64,000 nt of DNA from an uncultured bacterium (GCA_903824855.1 CAIJYI010000043.1:177-64176); one strand, 5' to 3'. Positions 10,489 to 21,957 are shown, counted from the first letter of the stretch. Translations and numbers: made by a program. The notes: generated by a model from the sequence alone, not told the origin.

Positions 10489-10516
10489 TTGACTATTTCT
10501 GGCGTTTTGATATGAT
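10489..10516 (+). promoter_or_regulatory. candidate tuf promoter TTGACT-N16-TATGAT
   Basis: consensus-like hexamers about 175 nt upstream of tuf. Confidence 0.4.
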
Positions 10517-10690
10517 AACTATCACTTGTTAGTATCGCACGAATGCGTATTTTTTATATGTGTTATTGCGGAGCTCACACGTGTTATTGAAAAAATTTAT
10601 TAGCGATAATTGCAATATTTATTAACGGTCAGGGTTAAGTTGATCAAATCTTAAGAGCTTAACTTTGACCGGTAAATAATAAAAAAATAT

Positions 10691-11887
10691 ATGGCAGTAG
10701 AAGAATTTAAGAGGGATAAACCTCACGTAAATGTTGGTACAATCGGTCACGTTGACCACGGAAAGACTACTCTTACCGCGGCAATTCTCCATGTCCTTAA
10801 TATGGCTGGAAAGACCGTTAAGATGAAAAGTGTTGATCAGATTGACTCAGCACCGGAAGAAAAAGCTCGTGGAATCACGATCGCTCTTTCTCACAATGAA
10901 TACTCGACTGATTCTCGCCACTACGCGCACATCGACGCACCGGGACATGCTGACTATATTAAGAACATGATCACCGGAGCAGCACAGATGGACGGAGCAA
11001 TCCTCGTCGTTGCAGCACCGGATGGAGCTATGCCTCAGACTCGTGAGCATATCCTCCTCGCACGCCAAGTTGGAGTACCGAGAATGCTCGTATTCCTCAA
11101 CAAATGCGATCTCGTTGATGATCCGGATTTGATTGACCTCGTTGAAGAAGAAATTCGCGAATTGCTCACCAAGCAAGGATATGATGGCGCAAATGCTCCT
11201 ATCATCCGTGGTTCAGCTACAAAAGCTCTCGAATCAAAATCACTTGATGACCCATACGCAAAGAGTATCCTACAACTTACCGATGCTCTCGATACCTACA
11301 TCCCGGTTCCGGAAAGAGAGACAGACAAACCGTTCCTTATGCCTGTTGAAGACATCTTCACAATCGAAGGACGCGGAACTGTTGCTACCGGACGTATTGA
11401 AAGAGGTATCATCAAAGTCGGTGAAGACGTTGAAATCGTTGGTTTGAAACCAACCGTTAAGACTACTATCACCGGTATCGAAATGTTCAACAAATCTTTG
11501 AAGGAAGGATTTGCAGGAGACAACGCAGGAGTTCTTCTCCGCGGAGTCAAGAAAGAAGACGTTACGAGAGGTCAGGTTCTCGCTAAACCGGGTTCCGTTA
11601 CTCCTCATACCGAATTCTCAGGAGAAGTTTACATTCTTTCAAAAGAAGAAGGTGGACGCCATACTCCATTCTTCACAGGATACAAACCTCAATTCTATAT
11701 CCGAACCACTGACGTAACCGGAGAGGTTACCTTAAATCCGGGAGTAGAAATGGTTATGCCTGGAGATACCGTTACATTCACCGTAAAACTTATCATGCCT
11801 GTCGCTCTTGAAGAGAAGATGCGTTTCGCCGTCCGTGAAGGAGGACGAACTGTCGGATCCGGAGTCGTCACCAAAATCATTGCGTAA
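10691..11887 (+). CDS. tuf: elongation factor Tu
   Basis: [23 protein letters not shown]-motifs; full-length EF-Tu. Confidence 0.97.
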   Translation: MAVEEFKRDKPHVNVGTIGHVDHGKTTLTAAILHVLNMAGKTVKMKSVDQIDSAPEEKARGITIALSHNEYSTDSRHYAHIDAPGHADYIKNMITGAAQMDGAILVVAAPDGAMPQTREHILLARQVGVPRMLVFLNKCDLVDDPDLIDLVEEEIRELLTKQGYDGANAPIIRGSATKALESKSLDDPYAKSILQLTDALDTYIPVPERETDKPFLMPVEDIFTIEGRGTVATGRIERGIIKVGEDVEIVGLKPTVKTTITGIEMFNKSLKEGFAGDNAGVLLRGVKKEDVTRGQVLAKPGSVTPHTEFSGEVYILSKEEGGRHTPFFTGYKPQFYIRTTDVTGEVTLNPGVEMVMPGDTVTFTVKLIMPVALEEKMRFAVREGGRTVGSGVVTKIIA

Positions 11888-11913
11888 ATCGGCACTAGTG
11901 CGCTCATAAAAAA

Positions 11914-12348
11914 ATGCCTACAAAAACCACGACAACAAAAACAGCGACAAAAGCGGTCAAGCCTGTAGCGAAAGCTGCAGCGAAGCCCGTAGCAGCGGTA
12001 AAAGCTCCGAAAGTCACAACGGTTGTAAAAAAATCCGATGAATTTCAGAAGCTTCGCATCCGCGTTCGAGCCTACGAGCACAAAATTCTTGATGCTTCGG
12101 TCAAGCAGATCATCGATACGGCCGTTCGCTATGACGCAAAAGTCATGGGCCCTGTACCATTGCCTGCCGAGATCAAAAAGTATACGGTCAACCGTTCAAC
12201 TTTTGTCCACAAAGATGCAAGGGAACAATTTGAGATTCGAACGCACAAACGTTTGATTGATATTGAAAACCCAAGTCCGAAAGTAATCGAGGCTCTCACG
12301 AACCTTTCCTTACCTTCAGGCGTCAACATCGATGTAAAAATGATGTAA
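11914..12348 (+). CDS. rpsJ: 30S ribosomal protein S10 with a Lys/Ala/Thr-rich N-terminal extension
   Basis: QKLRIRVRAYEHKILD...GPVPLP...THKRLIDI matches S10; about 45-aa basic low-complexity N-terminal part. Confidence 0.9.
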   Translation: MPTKTTTTKTATKAVKPVAKAAAKPVAAVKAPKVTTVVKKSDEFQKLRIRVRAYEHKILDASVKQIIDTAVRYDAKVMGPVPLPAEIKKYTVNRSTFVHKDAREQFEIRTHKRLIDIENPSPKVIEALTNLSLPSGVNIDVKMM

Positions 12349-12364
12349 TAAAAATTCCAAAGGG

Positions 12365-12403
12365 AATTTCAAAAAACACCCGCATATTTCATGCGGGTGT
12401 TTT
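12365..12403 (+). terminator. rho-independent terminator after rpsJ
   Basis: acacccgcatatttcatgcgggtgt + T-run. Confidence 0.6.
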
Positions 12404-12475
12404 TGTGTGAAATGATGGCGTATACCAATAAAATAAAAAACCACCCAAAGTTTTTACTTTAGGTGGTGCTTCTCT

Positions 12476-12892
12476 CTATTTTACAACGTCAGGGCAAACA
12501 GATTTGTCGACGACGGTTTGGCCGTAGGCTATGCCGTTGTATTTCCATATGTGCATCTTCGCGAATGAGTCATAACCGCCGGCTTGGAGTTTTTCTTCAC
12601 TCCATTGGCACTTTTGCAAAGTGGCTTCACCGACCCTGTCGATGATTTCATTCATTGCTGAATTAAAATTTTTCTGAGGTGTTATTGCAACACCGTAGGG
12701 TTGGTCCGGAACCACCATTTGGTTTGTAAGTACCGGAAGGGAATTCACTTGTTCGCTCGTCGAAGTCGGAGATTTTTCACCCGAGGTGAAGTATCGATCT
12801 GCTATTCCAAATCCGAAGTCAGCTATTGCGAATCCGATGATGATAAAAGATACAAGAATAATCTGGGCGGTAATTTTTTGTGTTTTGTTCAT
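12476..12892 (-). CDS. hypothetical secreted or membrane-anchored small protein
   Basis: AAGGAGAGAAAA-ATG RBS; N-terminal TM/signal-like helix; Cys pair near the C-terminus. Confidence 0.5.
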   Translation of the reverse strand: MNKTQKITAQIILVSFIIIGFAIADFGFGIADRYFTSGEKSPTSTSEQVNSLPVLTNQMVVPDQPYGVAITPQKNFNSAMNEIIDRVGEATLQKCQWSEEKLQAGGYDSFAKMHIWKYNGIAYGQTVVDKSVCPDVVK

Positions 12893-12998
12893 TTTTCTCT
12901 CCTTTTTCAGAATGTGCGTTATCCGAATACCACAGTAACAATAAAGTTATTCAGTGTCAATTTGTGCATGTTAGAAAAATTTTGTATAATTCTACATT

Positions 12999-13724
12999 AT
13001 GGTCAGTGTTTCAGCAGAACATATTTTTTCTGTATTTAATATGCCTGTGACAAATTCAATGCTTACGGCATGGATGGTTGTTATTCTTTTGTCGGTTGTG
13101 TCTTATTTTGCTACAAGAAAAATGAAAATCGTTCCGACCGGAATGCAAAATTTTTTTGAAATGGCTATTGAGGAACTTTTCAAGATTGTCGAGAGCGTTT
13201 TTGGGAACAGGGAACAAACACTCAAATATTTTCCTTTTGCCGTCACATTTTTCTTCTTTATTTTAACCGCCAACTGGATGGGTCTTTTGCCGGGATTTGG
13301 AAGCATCGGTTTTTATGAGGAGGGCGTTTTTGTTCCTATTTTTCGAAGCGCTACCGCTGATTTAAATACCACACTCGCTTTTGCAATGATTTCGGTAATT
13401 ATGATACAAGTCGCCGGAATTATGGCGCTCGGAGTCAGAAAATATGGAAAGAAATTCATCAATTTTTCCAGCCCGCTCAATTTTCTTGTCGGACTTCTCG
13501 AACTCATGTCTGAATTTGCAAAAATTATTTCCTTCTCATTCCGTCTCTTCGGAAGCGTTTTTGCCGGCGAAGTTTTGCTTGTTGTTATCTCCGGTCTTGT
13601 TCCGTATATTGTTCCTCTTCCGTTTCTTGGGCTCGAACTGTTTATCGGCGCCATTCAGGCATTTGTTTTTATGCTCCTCACTGTAGCGTTTATAAAAATA
13701 GCGACAACGGAGATGGCGCATTAA
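12999..13724 (+). CDS. atpB: F0F1 ATP synthase subunit a
   Basis: ...SFSFRLFGSVFAGE... (conserved Arg in TM4), multi-TM; an extended -10 TTTGTATAAT ends only 8 nt before the ATG, so the mRNA may be leaderless. Confidence 0.9.
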   Translation: MVSVSAEHIFSVFNMPVTNSMLTAWMVVILLSVVSYFATRKMKIVPTGMQNFFEMAIEELFKIVESVFGNREQTLKYFPFAVTFFFFILTANWMGLLPGFGSIGFYEEGVFVPIFRSATADLNTTLAFAMISVIMIQVAGIMALGVRKYGKKFINFSSPLNFLVGLLELMSEFAKIISFSFRLFGSVFAGEVLLVVISGLVPYIVPLPFLGLELFIGAIQAFVFMLLTVAFIKIATTEMAH

Positions 13725-13768
13725 AATGTTTATAAAATATTATTAATTATTAAGTTATATATAATTGT

Positions 13769-13987
13769 ATGGAATTAAAATTCATTGGTATTGGACTTGC
13801 TATTGGTCTCGCTGCAATCGGAGCGGGTCTTGGAATCGGTAAAATCGTTGCTCAGACGATTGAATCAACAGGAAGAAATCCTGAAGCTCAGGGTAAACTC
13901 TTCTCAATGATGATCTTGGGTGTCGCCTTTACTGAGGCTCTCGCAATTTTCGCTTTGGTCTTGTCCTTCATGATGATCAGTAAATAG
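13769..13987 (+). CDS. atpE: ATP synthase subunit c
   Basis: 72-aa hairpin proteolipid, GLAAIGAG...ALAIFALV. Confidence 0.9.
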   Translation: MELKFIGIGLAIGLAAIGAGLGIGKIVAQTIESTGRNPEAQGKLFSMMILGVAFTEALAIFALVLSFMMISK

Positions 13988-14015
13988 AGTTTCATTAACA
14001 TAATTCATTATTTGC

Positions 14016-14507
14016 ATGGACGTACTTCAAAATTTCGGAGTTGAATGGCCGTTTTTTATAGCCCAGCTCGTCAATTTCGCCATATTATTTCTTGTTCTCA
14101 AACGGTTTTTATACAAACCGATTTTGGACATGTTGGAAAAACGACGAATTGAGATCGAGGAAGGTCTTGCGAATGCGCGAAAAATGGCTGAAGACGCGAA
14201 GAAATTTGATGCAGAACACGCTTTGCTCATGCAAAAAGCGAAAAAAGAGTCGGGTGAGATTACTGCTAATGCGGTGCTCGCGGGAGAAAAAATTCGTGAC
14301 AGTATTTTGAAAGACGCCACCCAAAAAGCGAAGGATGTATTGGCTTCTGCCGAAGTTCTTATTGAAGATGAAAAAAAGAAGATGCTGTTGGAAGTAAAAG
14401 GAGAAGTACTCACTTTAGCAACGGCAATTGTTGAAAAAATTCTTAATGAAAAAATGGATAGCGCGCATGATAAAAAATTCATCGAAGGATTGATGGAAGA
14501 AAAATAG
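14016..14507 (+). CDS. atpF: ATP synthase subunit b
   Basis: N-terminal TM then a long charged helix; position in the operon. Confidence 0.85.
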   Translation: MDVLQNFGVEWPFFIAQLVNFAILFLVLKRFLYKPILDMLEKRRIEIEEGLANARKMAEDAKKFDAEHALLMQKAKKESGEITANAVLAGEKIRDSILKDATQKAKDVLASAEVLIEDEKKKMLLEVKGEVLTLATAIVEKILNEKMDSAHDKKFIEGLMEEK

Positions 14508-14516
14508 AAAAAAAGT

Positions 14517-14906
14517 ATGGATAAAACAGCCCTCTATTCAAAAGCATTTTTAGAAAGCATTCAGGGACTTCCTGAGAAGAAGGTTTTGCCTGCACTCTTA
14601 CGTTTTAAAGAGGTTCTTAAAAACAGAGAAGAAAGTCATTTATACCCGCGAATACTTCGGAATATTATTGCGTCTATTGAATATCGCGAAATTGCAACGA
14701 TTACCTCTGCGCGCGAACTTGATAAGAAACTTCAGAATTCAGTGATAAAAATGATTAGGAAAAATTTTCCCGACCTATCTAAAGAATATATTCGTTTCAA
14801 TGTTGATGAAAAAATGTTGGGAGGTATTTCTATCTCATATCGTGATCAAATGTTTGACGGTACGATACAGGGAGCCCTCCAAAAATTAATTGGTATCCAC
14901 AAATAA
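14517..14906 (+). CDS. atpH: ATP synthase subunit delta (short form)
   Basis: C-terminal [24 protein letters not shown] matches the delta/OSCP end; position between b and alpha. Confidence 0.7.
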   Translation: MDKTALYSKAFLESIQGLPEKKVLPALLRFKEVLKNREESHLYPRILRNIIASIEYREIATITSARELDKKLQNSVIKMIRKNFPDLSKEYIRFNVDEKMLGGISISYRDQMFDGTIQGALQKLIGIHK

Positions 14907-14913
14907 AAATATT

Positions 14914-16413
14914 ATGAACAGCGCTCAACACATCATCGATACATTAAAAAAAGAGCTCTCGGAGGCCAAAATTGAGGCCGGTTTCGAGAACGTCGGACAT
15001 GTCACCGAAATAAAAGACGGCATCGCCCGTGTTTCAGGATTGTCTCAATGTTTCTACAACGAACTCCTCGAGTTCGGCGGTGGTGTTTTGGGAATGGCAC
15101 TCAGTCTTGAAGAAGATTCCGTTGGCGTTATTGTCCTCGGAGATTACTCACATATCAAAGAAGGGGATACGGTAAAAACAACGGGAAATATTGCGAGCGT
15201 CCCCGTAAGTGATGAATTGCTTGGTCGTGTCATCGACCCACTCGGAAATCCTCAAGACGGACGGGAAAAAATTCCTGCAAAAAAACGCTATCCGATTGAA
15301 AAAATTGCCGCCGGAGTTATCCAAAGAAAAGCCGTATCTGAACCAATTGAAACAGGAATCAGAGCCATCGACGCACTTATCCCAATTGGTCGCGGACAAC
15401 GCGAGCTCATCATCGGTGACCGCCAGACCGGAAAGACCGCCATCGCCGTCGACACTATCATCAACCAAAAAGGGAAGAACGTTATTTGTATTTATGTTGC
15501 CATCGGTCAGAAAGAATCAAAGACCGCGAAAATCGTTGCTGAATTTAAAAAGTCAGGAGCCATGGAACACACTATCGTAGTGAATGCTTCTGCGGCAATG
15601 CCTGCTTCTCTTCAATATATCGCACCATTTTCCGCATCCGCTATCGGAGAATATTTCATGGATCAAGGAAAAGATGTTTTGGTTGTTTATGATGATCTTT
15701 CCAAACACGCTTGGTCATATCGTGAAATTTCACTCCTCCTTCGGAGACCTCCGGGCCGCGAAGCCTATCCGGGAGACGTATTTTATTTGCACTCCCGTTT
15801 GCTTGAGCGTTCAGCAAGACGCGATGAAAAATATGGTGGCGGTTCTATTACCGCACTTCCGATTATTGAAACTCAACAAGGAGACGTTTCCGCCTACATT
15901 CCTACTAACGTAATTTCTATTACCGACGGACAAATTTATCTCGATACCGACCTCTTTTATTCCGGAGCTCGCCCGGCTTTGAACGTTGGACTTTCTGTTT
16001 CTCGCGTAGGAGCAACCGCTCAAACTAAGTCGATGAAACAATTCGCCGGAAAACTTCGCCTTGACCTCGCACAATTCCGCGAACTTGCCGCTTTTGCACA
16101 ATTTGAAGGTGATTTAGATGAAGGCACAAAAAACCAAATTGCCAGAGGACGCAGACTCACAGAACTCTTGAAACAAGCTCAATTCTCACCACAATCAATT
16201 CCACGTCAGGTAGTCGGAATTTTCGCCGTCACACAAGGAATGGCTGATGATGTTGAACCGAAAGATATTTTTGCTTTTGATGAAAATCTTTTCAGATACA
16301 TGGAAGACAAAGGACAAGACATAATTGCAGAAATTGAAAAAGGAATAAAATTAAGTGATGAGATCCAAGCGAAGTTGAAGGAATTGATTACAAAGTTTAA
16401 GGAGATAAGTTAA
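14914..16413 (+). CDS. atpA: ATP synthase subunit alpha
   Basis: [19 protein letters not shown]-loop; the ORF track has a TTG at 14890 and the first ATG after the atpH stop is 14914. Confidence 0.95.
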   Translation: MNSAQHIIDTLKKELSEAKIEAGFENVGHVTEIKDGIARVSGLSQCFYNELLEFGGGVLGMALSLEEDSVGVIVLGDYSHIKEGDTVKTTGNIASVPVSDELLGRVIDPLGNPQDGREKIPAKKRYPIEKIAAGVIQRKAVSEPIETGIRAIDALIPIGRGQRELIIGDRQTGKTAIAVDTIINQKGKNVICIYVAIGQKESKTAKIVAEFKKSGAMEHTIVVNASAAMPASLQYIAPFSASAIGEYFMDQGKDVLVVYDDLSKHAWSYREISLLLRRPPGREAYPGDVFYLHSRLLERSARRDEKYGGGSITALPIIETQQGDVSAYIPTNVISITDGQIYLDTDLFYSGARPALNVGLSVSRVGATAQTKSMKQFAGKLRLDLAQFRELAAFAQFEGDLDEGTKNQIARGRRLTELLKQAQFSPQSIPRQVVGIFAVTQGMADDVEPKDIFAFDENLFRYMEDKGQDIIAEIEKGIKLSDEIQAKLKELITKFKEIS

Positions 16414-16415
16414 TG

Positions 16416-16493
16416 AGGTTATAGGTTATAGGGGATAGGGTTTAGACAACGACCTAACCCCTAAAACCGATAACCCAAAACCTAACACCTAAC
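16416..16493. repeat. G-rich/C-rich palindromic element built from TTAGG/CCTAA-like units (copy 1, atpA-atpG spacer)
   Basis: gaggttataggttataggggatagggtttagacaacgacctaacccctaaaaccgataacccaaaacctaacacctaac, immediately before the atpG ATG. Confidence 0.7.
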
Positions 16494-16495
16494 AT

Positions 16496-17404
16496 ATGCC
16501 AAGCACACGAGATATTAAACGTCGAATAAAGCTCATCAAAACTACGAGTCAAATAACTCGGGCGATGGAGCTTGTTGCGGCGACAAAAATGAAACGTGCC
16601 GAAGTGGAAGCTCGCTCGACGCAGGCATATTCTTCGAGAGGAAGAAAAATTCTTCGTGCTCTTATGGAACATTCCGATACCGAACTTTCTCCATTCTTTA
16701 AGACAAACGAAAAAGGGAAGATTCTTGCTCTTGTAATAACTCCTGATCGCGGTCTTTGCGGGGCACTCACCGGAAACGTCCTTCGCCAAGCCGTAGCTCT
16801 TCTTTCAAAATATGAGAAAGATGATGTAGATATTATGACTATCGGAAAAGTCGGACAGGATACGTTCAAAAGACAGGGATATAATATTATCGCAACCGCT
16901 ACGCATCTCGATTGGAAACCAAAAATATTTGATATTAGACCATTTTCAAAAATTGCACTCGACGGATATTCATCGGAGAAATATCGCCGTGTCTATTTGA
17001 TTTTTACACATTTTATTTCAAACTCAGTACAACATCCCGCCATTCGATGGCTCTTTCCATTCTCTCCCGACGATGAAAGTGAAGATATGTTGCACGTTAA
17101 AACTTTAGAAAAATATCCGCTTGGTCCAAAAGAAGACCTACATGCGACCGAGAAATTTGAATATTTATTTGAACCGTCACCCGCAAAAGTTCTTCCATTT
17201 ATTATTCGGAACCTTGTCGAAATGGAAATGTATCAGGCCCTCCTCGATTCCAACGCCGGAGAACATTCAGCCCGAATGATTGCGATGCATTCCGCGACAG
17301 AAAACGCAAAAGAATTAGTCGGCGATCTTTCCCTCACTTTCAACCAAATGCGCCAAGAGGGAATTACCAGAGAGCTTGCGGAGATAAGTGCATCAAATGC
17401 ATAA
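16496..17404 (+). CDS. atpG: ATP synthase subunit gamma
   Basis: N-terminal IKRRIKLIKTTSQITRAMELVAATKMKRAE and C-terminal helix. Confidence 0.9.
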   Translation: MPSTRDIKRRIKLIKTTSQITRAMELVAATKMKRAEVEARSTQAYSSRGRKILRALMEHSDTELSPFFKTNEKGKILALVITPDRGLCGALTGNVLRQAVALLSKYEKDDVDIMTIGKVGQDTFKRQGYNIIATATHLDWKPKIFDIRPFSKIALDGYSSEKYRRVYLIFTHFISNSVQHPAIRWLFPFSPDDESEDMLHVKTLEKYPLGPKEDLHATEKFEYLFEPSPAKVLPFIIRNLVEMEMYQALLDSNAGEHSARMIAMHSATENAKELVGDLSLTFNQMRQEGITRELAEISASNA

Positions 17405-17418
17405 AACATAATTTGTAA

Positions 17419-18801
<1,383 letters not shown>

Positions 18802-18836
18802 AGAGCTCATAGCGAGAACCTAAAAGCTAAAAAAAC

Positions 18837-19277
18837 ATGTCTACATTTCGACTCAAAATAATAACGCAAGAAGAGGTACTTCTCGAACAGGAAGTGGAGT
18901 CGCTTTATGTTACGACAATTGATGGTGATATCACCGTTCTTCCTCATCACACTCCGTATGTAAGTATTCTCAAACCTGCCGAAGTAATCATCAAAGTAGG
19001 AGGGAAGGAAGAATCATTCGCTTGCACCGGCGGAATTTTAGAAGTTACTCCCGAGAAAGTTGTTATCCTTGCAGACTCCGCGGTTCGAACGGAAAAGATT
19101 GATGAAGAAGCGGCGTTAAAAGCGAAAGAACGTGCCGAGAGTGTCATGGCAGAGAAATTGGAATCAAGAGAAAATGCCGAGGCGATGCTTGCTCTCGAAA
19201 AAGCTCTCCTTCATCTTCGTGTCGCGCAAAAAAGAAAGCACCGATCTTCATTGCCGACAAACCCAAATCAAGAATAA
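18837..19277 (+). CDS. atpC: ATP synthase subunit epsilon
   Basis: beta-sandwich N-domain plus helical C-domain; operon position. Confidence 0.85.
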   Translation: MSTFRLKIITQEEVLLEQEVESLYVTTIDGDITVLPHHTPYVSILKPAEVIIKVGGKEESFACTGGILEVTPEKVVILADSAVRTEKIDEEAALKAKERAESVMAEKLESRENAEAMLALEKALLHLRVAQKRKHRSSLPTNPNQE

Positions 19278-19306
19278 AAAAACGCCCCGGAAGACGGGGC
19301 GTTTGA
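19278..19306 (+). terminator. terminator after atpC
   Basis: aaacgccccggaagacggggcgtttg. Confidence 0.55.
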
Positions 19307-19320
19307 CTAAACTTTGAATA

Positions 19321-19479
19321 TTATTTTCCGAATAATTTATGATACCACTTAACCAAAGAATCGTGATACTCAAATTCTTTTGATATAATTATTCCAAAAA
19401 ATAAAGAAAGAGCACAGATGAAAAATAACAAAATTAAAACTAAACCTTCCGGCGAAGAATATACAAAATCGTGAAGCAT
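19321..19479 (-). CDS. small hydrophobic protein (52 aa)
   Basis: GGAGAAATT-ATG RBS; MLHDFVYSSPEGLVLILLFFICALSLFFGIIISK... single TM; not in the ORF track. Confidence 0.4.
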   Translation of the reverse strand: MLHDFVYSSPEGLVLILLFFICALSLFFGIIISKEFEYHDSLVKWYHKLFGK

Positions 19480-19585
19480 AATTTCTCCTTTTTAAATAAA
19501 TTGCAACGATTAAACTACATTCACTATAGAATAATGAGATTTTTTGTCAATCGTTTTCTCATAATAAAACCCCCGAAATATTTCG

Positions 19586-19747
19586 GGGGTTTGAACTATT
19601 TTTTGTTTGTAGGTTTTGTAAAAACCTCTTTAAGAAATTTAATGAGTCCGAGTTCGTCAGAACAAATAAACATCAAAAATCCGATAAGTAAGAGGCCTCC
19701 ATAAAACAAAAGTACCGCAATACCTTCCCACGAACCTAGCATCGTTT
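19586..19747 (-). CDS. small hydrophobic protein (53 aa), paralogue of the 19867-20151 gene
   Basis: MLYETMLGSWEGIAVLLFYGGLLLIGFLMFICS...; GGGAGAA RBS; TTGACA-17-TATACT promoter and an upstream terminator on the minus strand. Confidence 0.45.
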
Positions 19748-19860
19748 CGTACAACATACATTTCTCCCTGTTTAAAATAAGTGGTGTACCTATGTAAAGT
19801 ATAGCACAATTGATAAAATTGTCAAGTAATAAAAAACGCCCATTTTGATGGGCGCTTTGG
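19616..19860. repeat. tandem duplication unit A (about 245 bp), homologous to 20018-20262
   Basis: near-identical nucleotide blocks with a 2-nt indel that shifts the C-terminal reading frame of the small protein. Confidence 0.7.
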
Positions 19861-19866
19861 GTTTTT

Positions 19867-20151
19867 TTAGAATATTCCTAATAGGGCGAATACTCCTTCT
19901 AAGAATATATAAACGATAAAGAGTAATAATCCAAGAATATAGGGAGCAGCTACTATAACTGCAATCGCACAGAATATCCATGCAAGTTTTTTTAATACTT
20001 CTTTTGGTTTTAAAAAGCTCTTTAAGAAATTCAATAGGTCCGATTTCGTCAGAGAACAAATAAACATTAAAAATCCGATGAGTAAGAGGCCTCCATAAAA
20101 CGAAAGTAGAGCAATACCTTCCCACGAACCCAACACTGTTTCGTACAACAT
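19867..20151 (-). CDS. small two-TM membrane protein (94 aa)
   Basis: MLYETVLGSWEGIALLSFYGGLLLIGFLMFICS...; GGGGAGAAatgt-ATG RBS spacing favours this frame over the overlapping 121-aa ORF. Confidence 0.5.
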   Translation of the reverse strand: MLYETVLGSWEGIALLSFYGGLLLIGFLMFICSLTKSDLLNFLKSFLKPKEVLKKLAWIFCAIAVIVAAPYILGLLLFIVYIFLEGVFALLGIF

Positions 20152-20262
20152 ACATTTCTCCCCAGTTTCAATTAGGTGATATATCTATATCCAAAGTATC
20201 ACAATATAATGTTTTGTCAAGTAATAAAAAAACGCTCTCTATCAGAGAGCGTTTGAACTTTT
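20018..20262. repeat. tandem duplication unit B
   Basis: see unit A. Confidence 0.7.
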
Positions 20263-20270
20263 TTTGCTTT

Positions 20271-20423
20271 TTATTCTATGAGTAAAAGCAGACTTGCGAT
20301 AACATGCATTACTAAAGATATCGCCATAAATGAAGCAAGAACAATTACATACAGAGATATAATGATAATAGCGGCAGGGAGGAATATTATTGGGAATAAT
20401 AATATTATAATCCAAAGAAGCAT
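20271..20423 (-). CDS. small hydrophobic protein (50 aa), possibly coupled to the upstream gene
   Basis: MLLWIIILLFPIIFLPAAIIIISLYVIVLASF...; 13 nt after the stop of the upstream gene; no clear SD. Confidence 0.35.
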   Translation of the reverse strand: MLLWIIILLFPIIFLPAAIIIISLYVIVLASFMAISLVMHVIASLLLLIE

Positions 20424-20436
20424 TGTTGAGGCAGTT

Positions 20437-20664
20437 TTATTCACGAGGTGAAGCCCTGTTTTTTTTAGAAAATATCTTGTATGCGCCGAAGATGGCGAGA
20501 GCGGGAATTATTCCATATATGAATATTAGTCCCCCAAAAGCAACAAGAAGAGCGAAGATGATTGCAAGAAGAGGAATCAGGTATAATACGGCAATGATAA
20601 CGATAGGAGATATTATTACTCCAAATAAAATCCATCCTGTTCTTGGTTGAGTGGGTTGTGTCAT
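20437..20664 (-). CDS. small membrane protein (75 aa)
   Basis: AAGGAGG-5nt-ATG RBS; two predicted TM helices. Confidence 0.5.
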   Translation of the reverse strand: MTQPTQPRTGWILFGVIISPIVIIAVLYLIPLLAIIFALLVAFGGLIFIYGIIPALAIFGAYKIFSKKNRASPRE

Positions 20665-20685
20665 TGAGAACCTCCTTTTTTATTT

Positions 20686-20925
20686 TTAAGTTAACCGACG
20701 TTTAATTGAGAGACCGATGAGCGCAATCGCTAAAATTATCATCACAATCCACCAAACGCTAAACAAAAAGGCGAAGATTGTACTAAAGATAATGAAGAGA
20801 AGATAAAATAAAAACCAAATAAGGTATAAAATTTCAAATGCGGCAATCATAAGGAATGGGGAGAGCATAATGCACAAAAGAGTCTGTGCTGTTTGCAATA
20901 AAAGTATATTTCCAGACATGTTCAC
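20686..20925 (-). CDS. small membrane protein (79 aa)
   Basis: AGGAGG upstream; 2-3 predicted TM helices; ends KRRLT. Confidence 0.5.
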   Translation of the reverse strand: MNMSGNILLLQTAQTLLCIMLSPFLMIAAFEILYLIWFLFYLLFIIFSTIFAFLFSVWWIVMIILAIALIGLSIKRRLT

Positions 20926-21051
20926 AAAGAACCTCCTGCCGACATAGTATCATGTTACTCTTATTTGTAAAGTCGTGCCGTTCGGTGTTTTACGGGGTTT
21001 CATTTCTTTATATATTTGTTAAATCTGAGGGAAGTTTGATATACTGATGGT

Positions 21052-21906
21052 ATGTCATTTCATAAACATAAAAAAGTCGGTCTTGCTCTCGGTTCGGGTT
21101 CCGCCCGCGGATTTGCTCATATCGGCGTTATAAAAGTTCTTGAAAAAAATAATATTCCGATTGATTACATTGCCGGTTCCAGTATTGGTGCACTTGTCGG
21201 CGGATTATACGCAGCAACGAAAGATATCGCTTACATTGAAAAACTCGCCTTAGACACCGACTGGTTGCAATTGGTTAAACTCGCTGATCCGTCATTTGGA
21301 AGCGGTTTTATTGCTGGGGAAAAAGTAAAACAATATATTCGTGATGCTCTTCGTGGCACAACTTTTTCTACTCTCAAAATTCCTTTTTCCGTCGTCGCTA
21401 CCGATATTATCGCAGGTGAACCCGTTATCTTTCATGAAGGAGATCTTGCCGAAGTTATACGGGCGAGTATCTCAATTCCTTTCATTTTTCATACCGTCCC
21501 CGATGGTGAAAAAATATTATGCGACGGCGCGCTTTCCATGCCGGTCCCTGTTCCTGTGGCTCTTCAAATGGGAGCGGATTATGTTATTGCGGTTGATCTT
21601 GATTCCGGATATTTCAAACAAGGTCATCCAAAACCAAAAGACAATTTGATGGATATGGGAAATAATGTGGTCATGTTGCTTTCCTCTCATCTCGCAAAAG
21701 AAAATATGAAGAAAGCTGATTTGATATTAACTCCATCTTTGGGTGATGTTGAATGGAAATCTTTCGGTTCCAGAAAAGCTACCGCCGATCTCATTGCTCG
21801 CGGAGAAAAAACAATGGAAGAAGCTCTCCCTCGATACTTTGAAAGTATTAAGCCGAAGAGTATTATCGTCCGCGTTAAAGAATATTTGACTCAACCTTTG
21901 CCTTAA
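21052..21906 (+). CDS. patatin-like phospholipase
   Basis: GLALGSGSARGFAHIGV (oxyanion Gly-rich) and GSSIG serine lipase motif; a TATACT -10 upstream. Confidence 0.8.
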   Translation: MSFHKHKKVGLALGSGSARGFAHIGVIKVLEKNNIPIDYIAGSSIGALVGGLYAATKDIAYIEKLALDTDWLQLVKLADPSFGSGFIAGEKVKQYIRDALRGTTFSTLKIPFSVVATDIIAGEPVIFHEGDLAEVIRASISIPFIFHTVPDGEKILCDGALSMPVPVPVALQMGADYVIAVDLDSGYFKQGHPKPKDNLMDMGNNVVMLLSSHLAKENMKKADLILTPSLGDVEWKSFGSRKATADLIARGEKTMEEALPRYFESIKPKSIIVRVKEYLTQPLP

Positions 21907-21938
21907 AAAAAGCCCACACGAATGTGGGCTTTTTATGT
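21907..21938. terminator. bidirectional terminator between patatin and the asparaginase-like gene
   Basis: aaaaaaagcccacacgaatgtgggcttttt. Confidence 0.55.
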
Positions 21939-21957
21939 TCTCAAAATATTTGAAAGC

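Noticed and set aside
10847-11608. Antisense and alternative-frame ORFs inside tuf (and similar ones inside atpA, atpD, groEL, rpsA and the helicase gene)
   Set aside because: They are embedded in highly conserved genes on the opposite strand or off-frame, have no RBS, and their low-complexity translations are typical of spurious ORFs.
16416-16493. CRISPR array hypothesis for the TTAGG-type repeats
   Set aside because: The units are short, degenerate, and arranged as two complementary arms around a core, not as direct repeats with unique spacers. Copies are dispersed singly in intercistronic spacers.
19790-20155. 121-aa ORF overlapping the 94-aa small membrane protein gene
   Set aside because: Its ATG sits 2 nt after the GGGGAGAA Shine-Dalgarno. 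The +4 ATG of the 94-aa frame has ideal spacing, and its product is paralogous to the neighbouring duplicated gene.
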